A stretch of 64,000 nt of DNA from Schmidtea polychroa (lineage: Eukaryota), in contig CM097886.1 of assembly GCA_044892525.1 (NCBI GenBank), positions 167,140,312 through 167,204,311 on the forward strand. Direction: 5' to 3'. Every line of letters begins with the position of its first letter. Position 1 is the first letter of the stretch. The position numbers and the translations under genes are program-made. Shown one piece after another: positions 26,942 to 38,782 of the stretch. The notes beneath the pieces are model-generated. The model was not told the DNA's origin. It ran no database searches and saw only the letters and a program-made list of their open reading frames with translations.

Positions 26942-28419
26942 AATTATATTTTATTCACATCATTCGTAAGGTCTTGAAGAGATCTATGCAAAGGTTTCAC
27001 CCGGGTCCACACAATACCCTACTCTACTGTTTTTCTCTCTCTTTTTCTCTCTTTTCTCTTTGTTCGATTGGGATTTAAGTGTAACCATGTATAGGCAGAA
27101 TTTAATTCTCTACAAAATGGCTAAATTACAATTTTAGTTTGTCGCTTTGTGTGTAATACACACATGTTTTTACGATAAATTTGTATTTTTCGCGCGGTTA
27201 ACGTAATTTTCTTGGATTTTTATTCATATATTATATAGATAAAATTTAATTTTCTATAAAATGGCTCAATTACAATTTTAGTTTGTCGCTTTGTGTGTAA
27301 TACACACATGTTTTTACGATAAATTTGTATTTTTCATACAGTTAACGTAATTTTCTTAGGATTTTATTCATATAATATATAGATAAAATTTAATTTTCTA
27401 TAAAATGGATTGATTAGAAATTATGTATCTTGTTCTGTGTGTAATACACACATGTTTTTAAGATAAATTTGTATTTTTCATATAGTTAACGTAATTTTCT
27501 TAGGATTTTATTCATATAATATATAGATAAAATTTAATTTTCTATAAAATGGATTGATTAGAAATTATGTATCTTGTTTTTTTTTTGTGTAATACACACA
27601 TGTTTTTATGATAAATTTGTATTTATTATACGTTAACGTAATTTCCTTGAATATTTATTCATATATTATATAGATAAAATTTAATTTTCTATAAAATAGC
27701 TTGATTAAAAATTATGTCTTGTATGTTGTGTGTAATACACACATGTTTTTTACGATAAATTTGTATTTTTCATACAGTTAACGTAATTTCCTTGTATATT
27801 TATTCATATATTATAGAGATAAAATTTAATTTTCTATAAAATGGATTGATCTAGAGTTTAAAATGTTGTATTATTTTATTACTTTGTTGCAATATTTTTA
27901 TAATCTTATAACATTTTGCTTAAATATTTTACATCTGGTGAAATATTTCCGAAATATGTTATTACTTTGTTGTAATTTACTGAAAGACTTCACAATTTAT
28001 TACAATATTCTTTTTAATTTGTTGTCCGTCTTCGAAATAATGTATTGATTTGTCCCAATTAACATCATTATTTTATTACTTTGTTGCAATATTTTTATTA
28101 TTTTAGTTACAATTTGATAAATATTTTACAACTTTGTTGAAATTTTCTGAAATATGTTACTACTTTGTTGTAATATTTTCTAATCTTGTTACAATTTGTT
28201 TAAATATTTTACAACTGTTGAAAATTTATCTGAAATATGTTATTATTTTGTTACAATTTTATGAAAACGTTATTACTGTTTTGCAATTTGATGAAAAATG
28301 ATATTACTTTGTGGGTTCATCACATTATTTTTATTAAATTATTATGAAAATGTTAAATAAGTCAACTTTAGCATCAAAATGTGTTTTAAAATATATTGAA
28401 CTTTTAAAATACTGTAACA

Positions 28420-28557
28420 CATTTATTTTTCCTACCCCTTCCTTGATTTTGATTGGTCAGAATATATTTATTTTTCCTACCCCTTCCTTGATTTTGATTG
28501 GTCAGAATTTAATCATGTGTAATATATAAGCAGTAACTTTTCAAATGTTTGTCATTT
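28420..28557 (+). promoter_or_regulatory. Predicted RNA polymerase II promoter of polB
   Basis: Reverse CCAAT boxes (ATTGG) at 28452 and 28497 within a 45-bp duplication. TATATAAG at 28523-28530 and Inr-like TCATTT at 28552-28557, with its A 31 nt after the first T of the TATA box. Confidence 0.7.
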
Positions 28558-28580
28558 AAACTTTTAATTTAACTTATATA

Positions 28581-31500
28581 AGTGAATAATTTTTTATTCT
28601 CTATCTAATATTAATGATTATTTTCTTTTAGTGAACGGATGCAGTTTATATAAATTTTGTATTGCCGAAAGTCATGAAGATGTGGAGAACTGTAAATCAG
28701 TTACATCATCATATTTCAAGATAAATGACTCTACCTTATCGGGTTACATATGTCCGGAATGTCTCATTATATCACCAGGTAGGTGGTATATGTTTGTACG
28801 ACAACACGGACACCATCTTAGAAGATTCGAAGAAACGAAGAGCAGGATGATCACTAAAAGTAATACTCTTTCTACTATTAACAATTATTAATTTTTTATA
28901 GTACAACCGAAAATGAATACATCATACGATCCTAAGCAGATTAAAGAATATGTTACAAGTTATGTTATTTAAGTTGTTTAATATTAATTATAAATATAGT
29001 TAGACAAAACTCTGGCACCACAAAACGAAAGTCAATATTTTACGGAAATGGAGACTCTAACATACAATTGTGTCCACGTCGGGAGTCTGACTTAAATAGT
29101 TCTCGTGTTGAATTGACAAGCGATGTATCTGCAATTAATTCTCCTGACATTGTTGTTCCAGATTGTCTCATCAGAGAAATAGAAGATCATATTCAACGAA
29201 TGGGTACAGTAAAAATCCAATTTGGACTTTGTGCAGAGTTTATCAAAGAGGATGGTGAAATTAAAAAATGGTGTTTGTCGAATAAAGCAATTACAATGTC
29301 ATCTTCATTTATTAATGATGGAATTGAAAAATTAAAAGAAAAGTTGGAGAAATACACTCAACAAAGTAGTGGGTGGAGAATTCATAAAATATTAGAAGTT
29401 ACTATGATTTTAACTAAATTATCAGACATAATACATGTATCTGGTAAGTTTATTTACATTATTATATATATAAATCAAGATATTTACTTAGGTTCAAGTT
29501 ACATTAAAACGCCAAATTACCTGAAAAACTGCCAGGCTTTAGTTAATGTTCAAAATAATGATCAATTCTGCTTTTTATATAGCATACTGGCCGTATTACA
29601 TTATGATGACATAAAACATCACAGAGAAAGAGTAATGAAATATAATTTAAGTGGTAATATATATTTATATCATTCTAAAAATATATATATTTAGAGTTAA
29701 AATGGAAATCAGATTGGTTTCCAATGAAGTTGGTTAACATTTGCCAATTTGAGGCAATGAATCCTAATCTAGCGATCAATGTTCTCAAATATAATAAAGA
29801 TCCAATTAAACAAAAAACTAATGATATTTTCAAGAATCCGTTCGTTGACTTGGTATATAGAAGTACTTCGACGGGATGTCAATTATATCTCTTATTGATT
29901 GAAGAAGGTAATATTTCTTTTAATCATTAAAAATATTAACTAAATTTTAGAATTAAATTATCATTTTTTGGCTGTAACTAATCTCGATCGACTGCTCAAT
30001 TACAGAGATAGAGTAGAAGGAGTCAGAATCCAATCACATTGGTGTCATACGTGTCTTCATGGGTTTCAAAAACGTCCTGCTTTTGAAAGACATATAGGTC
30101 TTTGTAGGAAGAATGTGGAGCGGACGACTCTATACTCAATGCCAGAGAATAAATATATCGAATTTAAAGACTGGAGTAAAACTATAAAACAGCAGTTTGT
30201 TGTCTACGCGGACTTTGAATCAATATTACCTCTAGATGACAAGCACTTCCAAAAACATGAGCCGATTGCATCTGAATTTGTGCTTCTTCATCAAGGTTGT
30301 CCGATTCGAAATGAAACATTTGTTGGGAAAAACTGTATCATTCAGTTTATACAAGCATTGGATGATATAGCTACAGACATAGTTTATCCGTGGTATAAAA
30401 TTAATGGATCGAAGGAAATGATGGAACTCACTTGGGAACAGCAGGAAGAATTCACGACTCAAACTCATTGCTACCTTTGTAAAAAGATTATCAATATACC
30501 TGTTCGAGATCATGATCATTTTACTGGTCAATATCTCGGAGCAGCGTGTCAAGATTGTAATTTGGCTAGAAGAATCAATCCGTCTTTACCTGTTGTATTT
30601 CATAATCTTCGTGGATATGACATTCATCATATATTAAAATATGCAATTGGAAAATTCCCCGATTGGAATTTAATTGTTATTCCTCAATCAACAGAAAAGT
30701 TTCTCACACTTACAGCGACATCGAAAGGCAGAAGAATTAGATTCATTGATTCTTTACAATTTTTAAATAGCAGCTTGGCAAATTTATCAAAAAACTTGCC
30801 ACGTCTTCCACTTACTTCAAAGATTTTCAATTCGCATTTAATAACTGGTAAAGGCATATTTCCTTATGATATGGCTACATCAATGGATGTTTTACAGTCA
30901 ATAACAGAATTACCACCGATTTGGGAGGGAGTTAGTCAAGAAGATTATATACATGCAAATCGAATCTGGCGACAATACAACTGTGAGACACTGCTAGATT
31001 ACATGCTAGTATATCTCAAGTTGGATGTTTTTCTGTTGGCCGATGTTTTTGAAGCTTTCAGAGAAAAAACATTTGACGAAGATGGACTTGAGGCTCTATC
31101 GTTTGTTTCCATAACCGGATTAAGTTGGGCATCAGCTATTAAACAGTTACCTGAACCAGTAGAACTTATTCAAGATCCAGAGCTTTACCGTTTATTTGAA
31201 GCTGGTATTCGTGGTGGAATGACATTTATCAACAAACATCATGTTGAAGCTGATGAATCAACACAAATGTCATACCTAGATGTTAATAATTTATATGGAT
31301 GGGCGCTGTCGCAAAAACTTCCTGTTGGTGAATTTAGATGGATAAATGATCAGACTGAAATGAATGGTATTGTTGAAAGATGTGCAAATGGGGATAAGTT
31401 TGATGGAGATCTTGGATATGTTCTAGAGGTTGACATCGTCATTCCTGATAGTATACAAGATAAACTAGATGATTTACCTATAGCTCCTGAGCTTTGTTAT

Positions 31501-32556
31501 CCACCTGGTAGTAAAGTTGAAAAGCTGTTGTTAACTCATGAGCCTAAGAAAAACTATGTAGTTAATGGTAGAGTTTTGACAGAGTGGTTGAGTTACGGCG
31601 CAAAAGTCACAAAAGTTAATCGTGCTGTAGAATTCAAGCAAGTGGCTATTTTCAAAGGCTATATTGATTACAATACCAAAATGAGAGCAGCTAGTACAGA
31701 TTCGTTTCAGCGAGATTATTATAAGTTAAAGAACAACAGTTTATACGGTAAAACTGTGGAAAACTTGAAGAAACGTATAAATTTGAGATTATGCAGCAAA
31801 AGCAAAAGATTGATAACTTATTGTAGTAATCCTATGTTTCGTCGTAGCATCAAGATTGCGGATGATCTCATTGCTGTTATACTCAATAAGGAAATTGTGT
31901 GTTTAGATAGACCAATGTATATTGGACAAACCGTACTTGATTTATCCAAACTTCGCATGTACCAGTTTCAATATAAAGAACTACAGAGTTATAGAGAAGA
32001 ATTCAATTGTCAAATTAATATCGTAGCCGGTGACACAGATTCCTTCTTTTTAGAGTGTAAAAATGTAGATTTACGCTTACAACTATATCCAAAAATGATT
32101 GCCGATGGGCTCCTAGATACTTCAAATTATCCAGTGACTGATCCATTGTTCTCAGATAAAATTTGTTCGGTAATCGGGAAATTCAAGGATGAGAATAAAG
32201 GAAATCAATATAAAGAATGGGTGTTTCTTCGACCCAAGTGCTACTCACTCCAAGGCGATAAAAACACTCTAAAAGCCAAAGGAATAAGACTTACAAACTC
32301 TAATCTTACACATGAAGCCTATAAAAAAGTGTATACTGATGGTGGAACAGTGAGCATCCCACAAAAAAGAATAGGAAGTGTCAATCATCAGTTGTATACT
32401 TTCATGACAGAAAAACGAGCTCTCCAATGTTTGGACGATAAAAGGTATTGGTACAATTGTAATGAAAGTTATGCCTACGGTCACTATAAGATTCGCCAAA
32501 TGCATATTGCAACTGCTATGTCTAGAAATGAATGCAAATCGAAACAAGCACTTTAA
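28581..32556 (+). CDS. polB: Protein-primed family B DNA polymerase with N-terminal extension, C2H2-like finger and inserted endonuclease VII-like domain; 7 exons, 1236 aa
   Basis: Coding exons 28581, 28632-28859, 28902-28958, 29000-29443, 29492-29653, 29695-29907 and 29951-32556 total 3711 nt with no internal stop; all introns are GT-AG. Motifs: ExoI YADFES, EndoVII-like CYLC..RDHDHFTGQYLGAACQDCN, ExoII FHNLRGYD, ExoIII YLKLD, PolA YLDVNNLYG, PolB KLKNNSLYGK, PolC GDTDS, and KCY. The last exon (ORF 29968-32556) is near certain; the two most 5' introns are less so. Confidence 0.9.
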
Positions 32557-32575
32557 CAATTAAATTTATGTGAAT

Positions 32576-32581
32576 AATAAA
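32576..32581 (+). promoter_or_regulatory. Candidate polyadenylation signal of polB
   Basis: AATAAA 20 nt after the stop codon; weak evidence in AT-rich DNA. Confidence 0.4.
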
Positions 32582-34260
32582 ATATATATTGTGAATTGTT
32601 TGACTTAGTTAATTAAAATGTGTTTTATCATTTAATTATTCATTTGTCCAATTAATTTAGATAATTAGTTTCAAGTAAGAAATATTATTTTTGTGTTTAT
32701 TTTATTTATTTATTTATTTTTTCCGAAATATTAATATCCAGTTTATCTAAAATTAACTCAGCGTTTTATTTTATAATAAATTAAATAATTTCTAATTAAA
32801 ATTTATTCAAATTGAATAATTACTAATTAAAATTTTATTCAAATTGAAATATTATCGTTATAATTTACCTCTTGTNNNNNNNNNNNNNNNNNNNNNNNNN
32901 NNNNNNNNNNNNNNNNNNNNNNNNNNNNNNNNNNNNNNNNNNNNNNNNNNNNNNNNNNNNNNNNNNNNNNNNNNNNNNNNNNNNNNNNNNNNNNNNNNNN
33001 NNNNNNNNNNNNNNNNNNNNNNNNNAATAAAATAATNNNNNNNNNNNNNNNNNNNNNNNNNNNNNNNNNNNNNNNNNNNNNNNNNNNNNNNNNNNNNNNN
33101 NNNNNNNNNNNNNNNNNNNNNNNNNNNNNNNNNNNNNNNNNNNNNNNNNNNNNNNNNNNNNNNNTGTTAATTAAAAAAAAAATGATTCGATTGACCTATA
33201 TTTGATCTGGACATTGGGATGACCTTGAAAGTGTCCTGGAGTCCTTACTATTCACTACTTACACCCACCAAATTAAGAAAACAATATATAAATAATTAAA
33301 TAAATTGGGAACAATAAATATTTTTATTTTTTTTAGATTTGAAAGAAAATACTCTTTGTTAGCCCAAAAGAAATGACTATTTTTTTTGCTGTTTTATGTT
33401 TGAATTTTTAATTTTAATTCATTGAAATAAATTTATCTATAAAAATTTGGAACTGTTGCTCGGTATTTAATAAAACGTTTTTGATGATTATCTCAATTAG
33501 ATAATCTCAGACTTATGGAGGCATCAAAAGTCAATAGAAAAAGAAATATTAAATGATTTAATAATTAAATAATCAACTCATTCTAACAGAAAGTTTTTAT
33601 CGCAGGTTTTTTGTTNNNNNNNNNNNNNNNNNNNNNNNNNNNNNNNNNNNNNNNNNNNNNNNNNNNNNNNNNNNNNNNNNNNNNNNNNNNNNNNNNNNNN
33701 NNNNNNNNNNNNNNNNNNNNNNNNNNNNNNNNNNNNNNNNNNNNNNNNNNNNNNNNNNNNNNNNNNNNNNNNNNNNNNNNNNNNNNNNNGCGCGCGTTAT
33801 ACGCATTTTTACAAACCGTGCACCCCCCATGCGCGGTATCTGTGGGTGCGCGCTTTATGATTTATATTTTACACGTGGCGGCATGGCCAGTGGAAATATT
33901 TTTATGATGTGACAGTAACCCTACCATCGGTTTTATTGTTTATTGTAATCAGATACCGCGCGCNNNNNNNNNNNNNNNNNNNNNNNNNNNNNNNNNNNNN
34001 NNNNNNNNNNNNNNNNNNNNNNNNNNNNNNNNNNNNNNNNNNNNNNNNNNNNNNNNNNNNNNNNNNNNNNNNNNNNNNNNNNNNNNNNNNNNNNNNNNNN
34101 NNNNNNNNNNNNNNNNNNNNNNNNNNNNNNNNNNNNNNNNNNNNNNNNNNNNNNNNNNNNNNNNNNNNNNNNNNNNNNNNCACTGATTTTCGTTCAATTG
34201 ACATTTGATATTCGTGAATATCAAAAAAACATCGATATATTTACTAATTCATAGTCAGGA

Positions 34261-34265
<5 letters not shown>

Positions 34266-34328
<63 letters not shown>
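34266..34328. repeat. (TA)n microsatellite; another at ~36229-36271
   Basis: Direct reading. Confidence 0.95.
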
Positions 34329-34331
<3 letters not shown>

Positions 34332-35317
34332 TAGATAAAAAGTAAAAGGGAATTTTGTGGAGTAGAAAAATGATGGTAATAACTAAAAAAATTAATAAAA
34401 TCTGGAAATCATAAATATGTAATTATTATTCTTTGATAATTTCGAAATACTTATAGTTCCGTATTTTCAAGCTAGCAGAAATATAAATATTTACAATTGA
34501 GATTTATTGAAATATAATTTCTTTATTTTTTCGTAATTGCATTTTAAATTTTGAAATCTATTTTTTATTTTTTAAGATTTTTTTAAGTGCTTTATTTTTG
34601 TCATCATACTAAAGGGAATTGGAAAATATGATTTAAATTTGAACAAAATTTTATTTTGAAGAGTTTCTCAAAATCCAAAGAGAAAATGAATACAAGACAT
34701 TATACAGGTGAACTCATTTATTTCTATATATTTCTGTATTTTTAGACGACAACAGAAATTATTAATAAAATTTCTCAAAATATGAAGATAAGAGAAATCG
34801 ATAAAAGAACGTTGAGATAGAGGTAAATTTATTTAATTATATTAAACTATTAAGTAATAATCATTTTGTAATTATTAATTTCTAAATATTTTCTTTAAAT
34901 GTAAAGTCTTTTAAACAAAAATAAAATATATTTCAGTAATTTGAACGCATTTAATAATTTTTTATTATTGTCATAGATGAAAATGACAAAGATGACAAGT
35001 TTATGTAAATTAATAATTTTAATAAATACCCGCACAAATTTGCTGAAACTTAATCAACAATACCGTCCATAATATCCATGCAAATAGTTACGATTCAATT
35101 ACACATTTGTCTGTCCTAAATAATATTACTCAAGCCTTTCATTCGATTATTTCCCTGAATTCCGTTACCGAGATCACTTGAGTAAAGAGTTTCAAAACTC
35201 CTATTTAAATATTATATAATTTAAATGTTATTAGTATAATCAGTTAGTTGAAATAACTATTTGAATTAAATTTGTATGTTAAAATCGATATTGAATTATG
35301 TCATTGTAGTTCCTTCA

Positions 35318-35348
<31 letters not shown>

Positions 35349-35419
35349 CTAAAAGATATATTAGAAACAAACCACTTGTTAGAAACAAGCCTCTCTCCGC
35401 ATTGACAAGATCTCCTTTT

Positions 35420-36180
35420 ACATGTCGTGCAATGGGTTCCGAGTTTCCTCAATCATTGAGGTCCTTCCCAATTTAATCCTAAACATCCACTGTCGCACCC
35501 TAAGGGGCGTTCATACTGTAGCAGATCCGTTTTTCTCACAGGGCTCCTTTTGTCCGATCATGTACTTTATATATTCGGATAGCACACCTACGTTGCGGTT
35601 TCCTGTCTTGCAAGCTCGTACGGCCTCCTTCCTAAAATTACGCGCAGATCATCTCCTTGACTGTTTACCTGCCAAATTGATATCAGAACTTGCCCGAAAA
35701 ATCGCTGATTCTCTGGACACAGAAAATTAATACGAAAGCCTGAAAACCCTTATTATTTCCATATATACTTCTTTGTTGACCCAAGCTCTGCAAAAGCTAT
35801 TGGCACCACAGATTTACTCGGGCCAACAACCTTGCCTCTTTTTGGCAGAGATAGTCCGGTAAAACGAAGGGGCTGTACCCGGTCTTTCTAAAAACGCACC
35901 TCTATTAACCCACCAATTTTTTTTCTGCACTTCCCTACCATTTACAAACTTCGCTAGAATTTGTCGATTAAGAAGACCCATATCGCCTCGCTAAGATCGC
36001 TGACCGCATTCACGCACACAAACCACATAAACCACGCGCAGATGTTTACACAGAACCACCAATATCCTCAACCATTAACCAACTCATATACACCGTCACT
36101 CCTTTCCCCTCAACGTTAAAAGATATCACAACGACGCATCACTTTCATACCATCCATCAACAACACGCACAGAAATGCTG
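35420..36180 (+). pseudogene. Possible decayed Ty3/Gypsy gag-like fragment inserted in the dispersed repeat
   Basis: GC-richer than the flanks; translated pieces IIEVLPNLILN and EDPYRLAKIADRIHAH resemble the gag motif LAxxADKI. Broken by stops. Confidence 0.35.
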
Positions 36181-36226
36181 TGTTGTTTAAATTTTTAGAT
36201 AAAAGAAGAGAATTTAAAAATTGTAA

Positions 36227-36275
<49 letters not shown>

Positions 36276-38534
36276 GAAGAAGACTTGAATTTCATTGAGC
36301 CTATCAATGAGAAATGTTTCTAATATATGTGGCAATTATACAATGAATATTGGTATTTGAGATTTATTCCTGAAAAGTTCGAAGATTTTGTAGATATTAA
36401 AATAACATCGAAAATATTACATTCATGAAATTTCTAAAACATTCACACAAACGGACCATCAAATCGTGAGATTTTATAGAATTCTATATTTAATTAATCT
36501 GGACTTAGATTTTGACAAACTTTCCTATTCAAAATAGTAAAATATTTCTTATCCGTTCTTAACTTTTATGATTTTAAATTATATATAATTTTGGTAGTAT
36601 TTGGAAAGACATATTTTTAAATAATATTTGCCAAATATACTGGAAACTAGTCTACTATTAGAAATCGCATTGAATATTATGACATTGAAATTTAAAGAAG
36701 TGACGGAAGGACATGGGGAATCTCACCCGATTCGGAAACTGTTAATGATTGAATGTTTACTAATACTCGAAGCCGTGTCAGTTGTATATGTCTCACTTCA
36801 CCAAGTTCTGTAAGTGTCATGTTAGTAATGTTAAAGGGAACTATTTTTCCTAAATTTCTCTTATTTTTCAACTGCTATGATTGTATTTAATAAATGACCA
36901 GGTACAGATTCATGAAACATGAACTAGGAATACATTTCATCTGTATAAGCATCTATGTGGAATTATAAGAACTTCTTTCAATTTTCACCTCTGATTTCTT
37001 TTCAATTGACATTGTATTTATTAAAATGTTGACTATAAATAACTAAAGATATCAATGATTTTTTATATCTCTACCTATTCATGGTCAATCTTTTAATAAA
37101 TACAATATCTATGTGGAAGTTTTCATGAAATGTATTTACTAGGATAAAAAATTTCTGAGTAGCTGAATATGGTCCAAAGAAGTTCTTGGGAAGGAGGAAC
37201 AAAAGAAATGTGTTCATGTATTTATCTGTTGTTGTTTTTCTATTCTATAAAACTTAAATGCACAATTTATAAAATGTAGAAATTATTCCTATTAGCGCTT
37301 TCCCATTCTGCCTGCGAGTGTAAACCAGTCCTTCAATTACCTTCAATTATGCACCCTTTGTTATAAGAATATTATGAATATAATAAGATCTCACTCAAGT
37401 AGTAAGTAGAATATTAATGGAAATTCAAAAATGAAAGCGAAACCATTGGTGAACCTAGAGGGTTAGTGTTTAGTCTAACAGGTTTTGGATGTATATTATT
37501 TGACCAAATAATTGAGGTATGGAATAAAGATATTTCAAGAGTAAGGATTGCAACATCAGCAAATTTAAATCAAATTTTAAAATGGATTTTCATGTCAAGT
37601 ACACAAAAAATGAAAATAAATTTTCATCTATTTTACCGTGTAAAGTCAATAAAAGGACTGCAAACCATTTCATTGATTTTTTATGTTTTTGTCATTTTGG
37701 AGTTGTTTGCTTCCTCACTCTCCATTGTTTTCACTTGGTCAAATGAATTGAAGTTGGGCAGTTTTATTAAAAGCTTTTTATTGTCTACTTTTGTTTGTTA
37801 ATAATATCTAGAAAACATTGAAATTGTTAGTTTATGTGACATTCGTATAGTGAATGATTGACACAAATATACCAACACAAATATAAAAGGATTTTATTTT
37901 TAAATTAACCTTCTGGTTTAATTGAAGTATTTTTATTTAATATTTGATGGTTTAGATCATTGAATGATCAGATTCTGGGGTTTGGTAACTTAGTTACTAT
38001 ATTTAAATGTCGACAATATTGATTACCAAATACACTGGAAACTAGTCTACTATTAGAAATCGCATTGAATATCATTTTAAAAATAATAAACCTTATTTTA
38101 TTATGTGAGTTATCTGAAAACCAAAACGATTTTATTTAATCTTTACTGTATAATTAATAACTTTAAGAAACGGAAATAGTTGTAATAATCTTTATTAATT
38201 TCAAATATTTCCATTGTTTCTTTGAAAACTGTTTCTGGCAATCAAACTTGTACAATTTCGACAGGACTTTCAGAAACTTTGGTATTGGTTATGGCAATAA
38301 ATTATACGTCTTTGATAGACATTTTTGAATTAGAAAACATGGTAGAGTATACGGATATATGAAAATATAATATTAAAATAAACCTTAATACAAATAGAAA
38401 AATTAATTTTAATTAAATTTCCATAATTTTTATGTCACCAGCAAAATGACTATTAAAAACTTTGAAATAATACTTTTTGCTTTAATTACACTTTCTTCTT
38501 CATGTTGATTTTCACAATGTTGATTGGTGTAAAT

Positions 38535-38782
38535 CAGTGGTGGCCAACCCAAATCAATCGAAGGGCCAAATTTTCGGAAAAATACTATCACGGGCCACAC
38601 TAAATTCATTTAAATAAATATAACTCGTTTTTACGATTCAAGTAAACTTAGAATCAATTTTTTAAATTAAAAACATGCTTAAATCGAATATGAATTCTAA
38701 AAAAGATAATTATTGATTTGATGTTTAAAATTGTGTCCGGCCACATCATAACGCTTCGCGGGCCACCGGTTGGCCATGGCTG
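38535..38782. mobile_element. Non-autonomous hAT element (MITE), 248 bp
   Basis: Ends CAGTGGTGGCCAACC / GGTTGGCCATGGCTG; exact 8-bp TSD GTGTAAAT at 38527-38534 and 38783-38790. Confidence 0.9.

Larger units (their letters stand above)
20312..33259. mobile_element. Palindromic Polinton/Maverick-type element carrying only pPolB
   Basis: Starts AGTAGTGAATAG (20312) and ends CTATTCACTACT (33259). The 6-bp TSD TACACC lies at 20306-20311 and 33260-33265, and the flanks beyond the TSDs differ. Two inverted arms each encode pPolB. AGT/ACT termini and 6-bp TSDs are established Polinton hallmarks. Confidence 0.9.
27000..33259 (+). repeat. Right arm of the giant inverted repeat
   Basis: Runs from CCCGGGTCCACAC (27000) to ACTACT (33259); reverse complement of 20312-26544. 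Confidence 0.95.

Noticed and set aside
26378-26977. 199-aa ORF with ILKFILRCG repeats
   Set aside because: It is the translation of the 27-bp array plus an N-run, with no coding evidence.
28779-28821. 43-nt GTAGGT...TAG segment as a seventh polB intron
   Set aside because: Splicing it shifts the frame and gives an early TGA, and it is GC-richer than the accepted introns.
20312-33259. Simple fold-back chimera (amplification or read artefact) as the explanation for the palindrome
   Set aside because: A fold-back artefact would also mirror the flanking DNA. Here symmetry stops exactly at the AGTAGT/ACTACT termini, a direct 6-bp TSD follows, the outer flanks differ and the arms carry substitutions. 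A subtler misassembly is not excluded without long reads.
33831-33963. 12-bp inverted repeat GCGCGGTATCTG / CAGATACCGCGC in a GC-rich island
   Set aside because: Flanked by N-runs on both sides, so ends, TSD and context cannot be judged.
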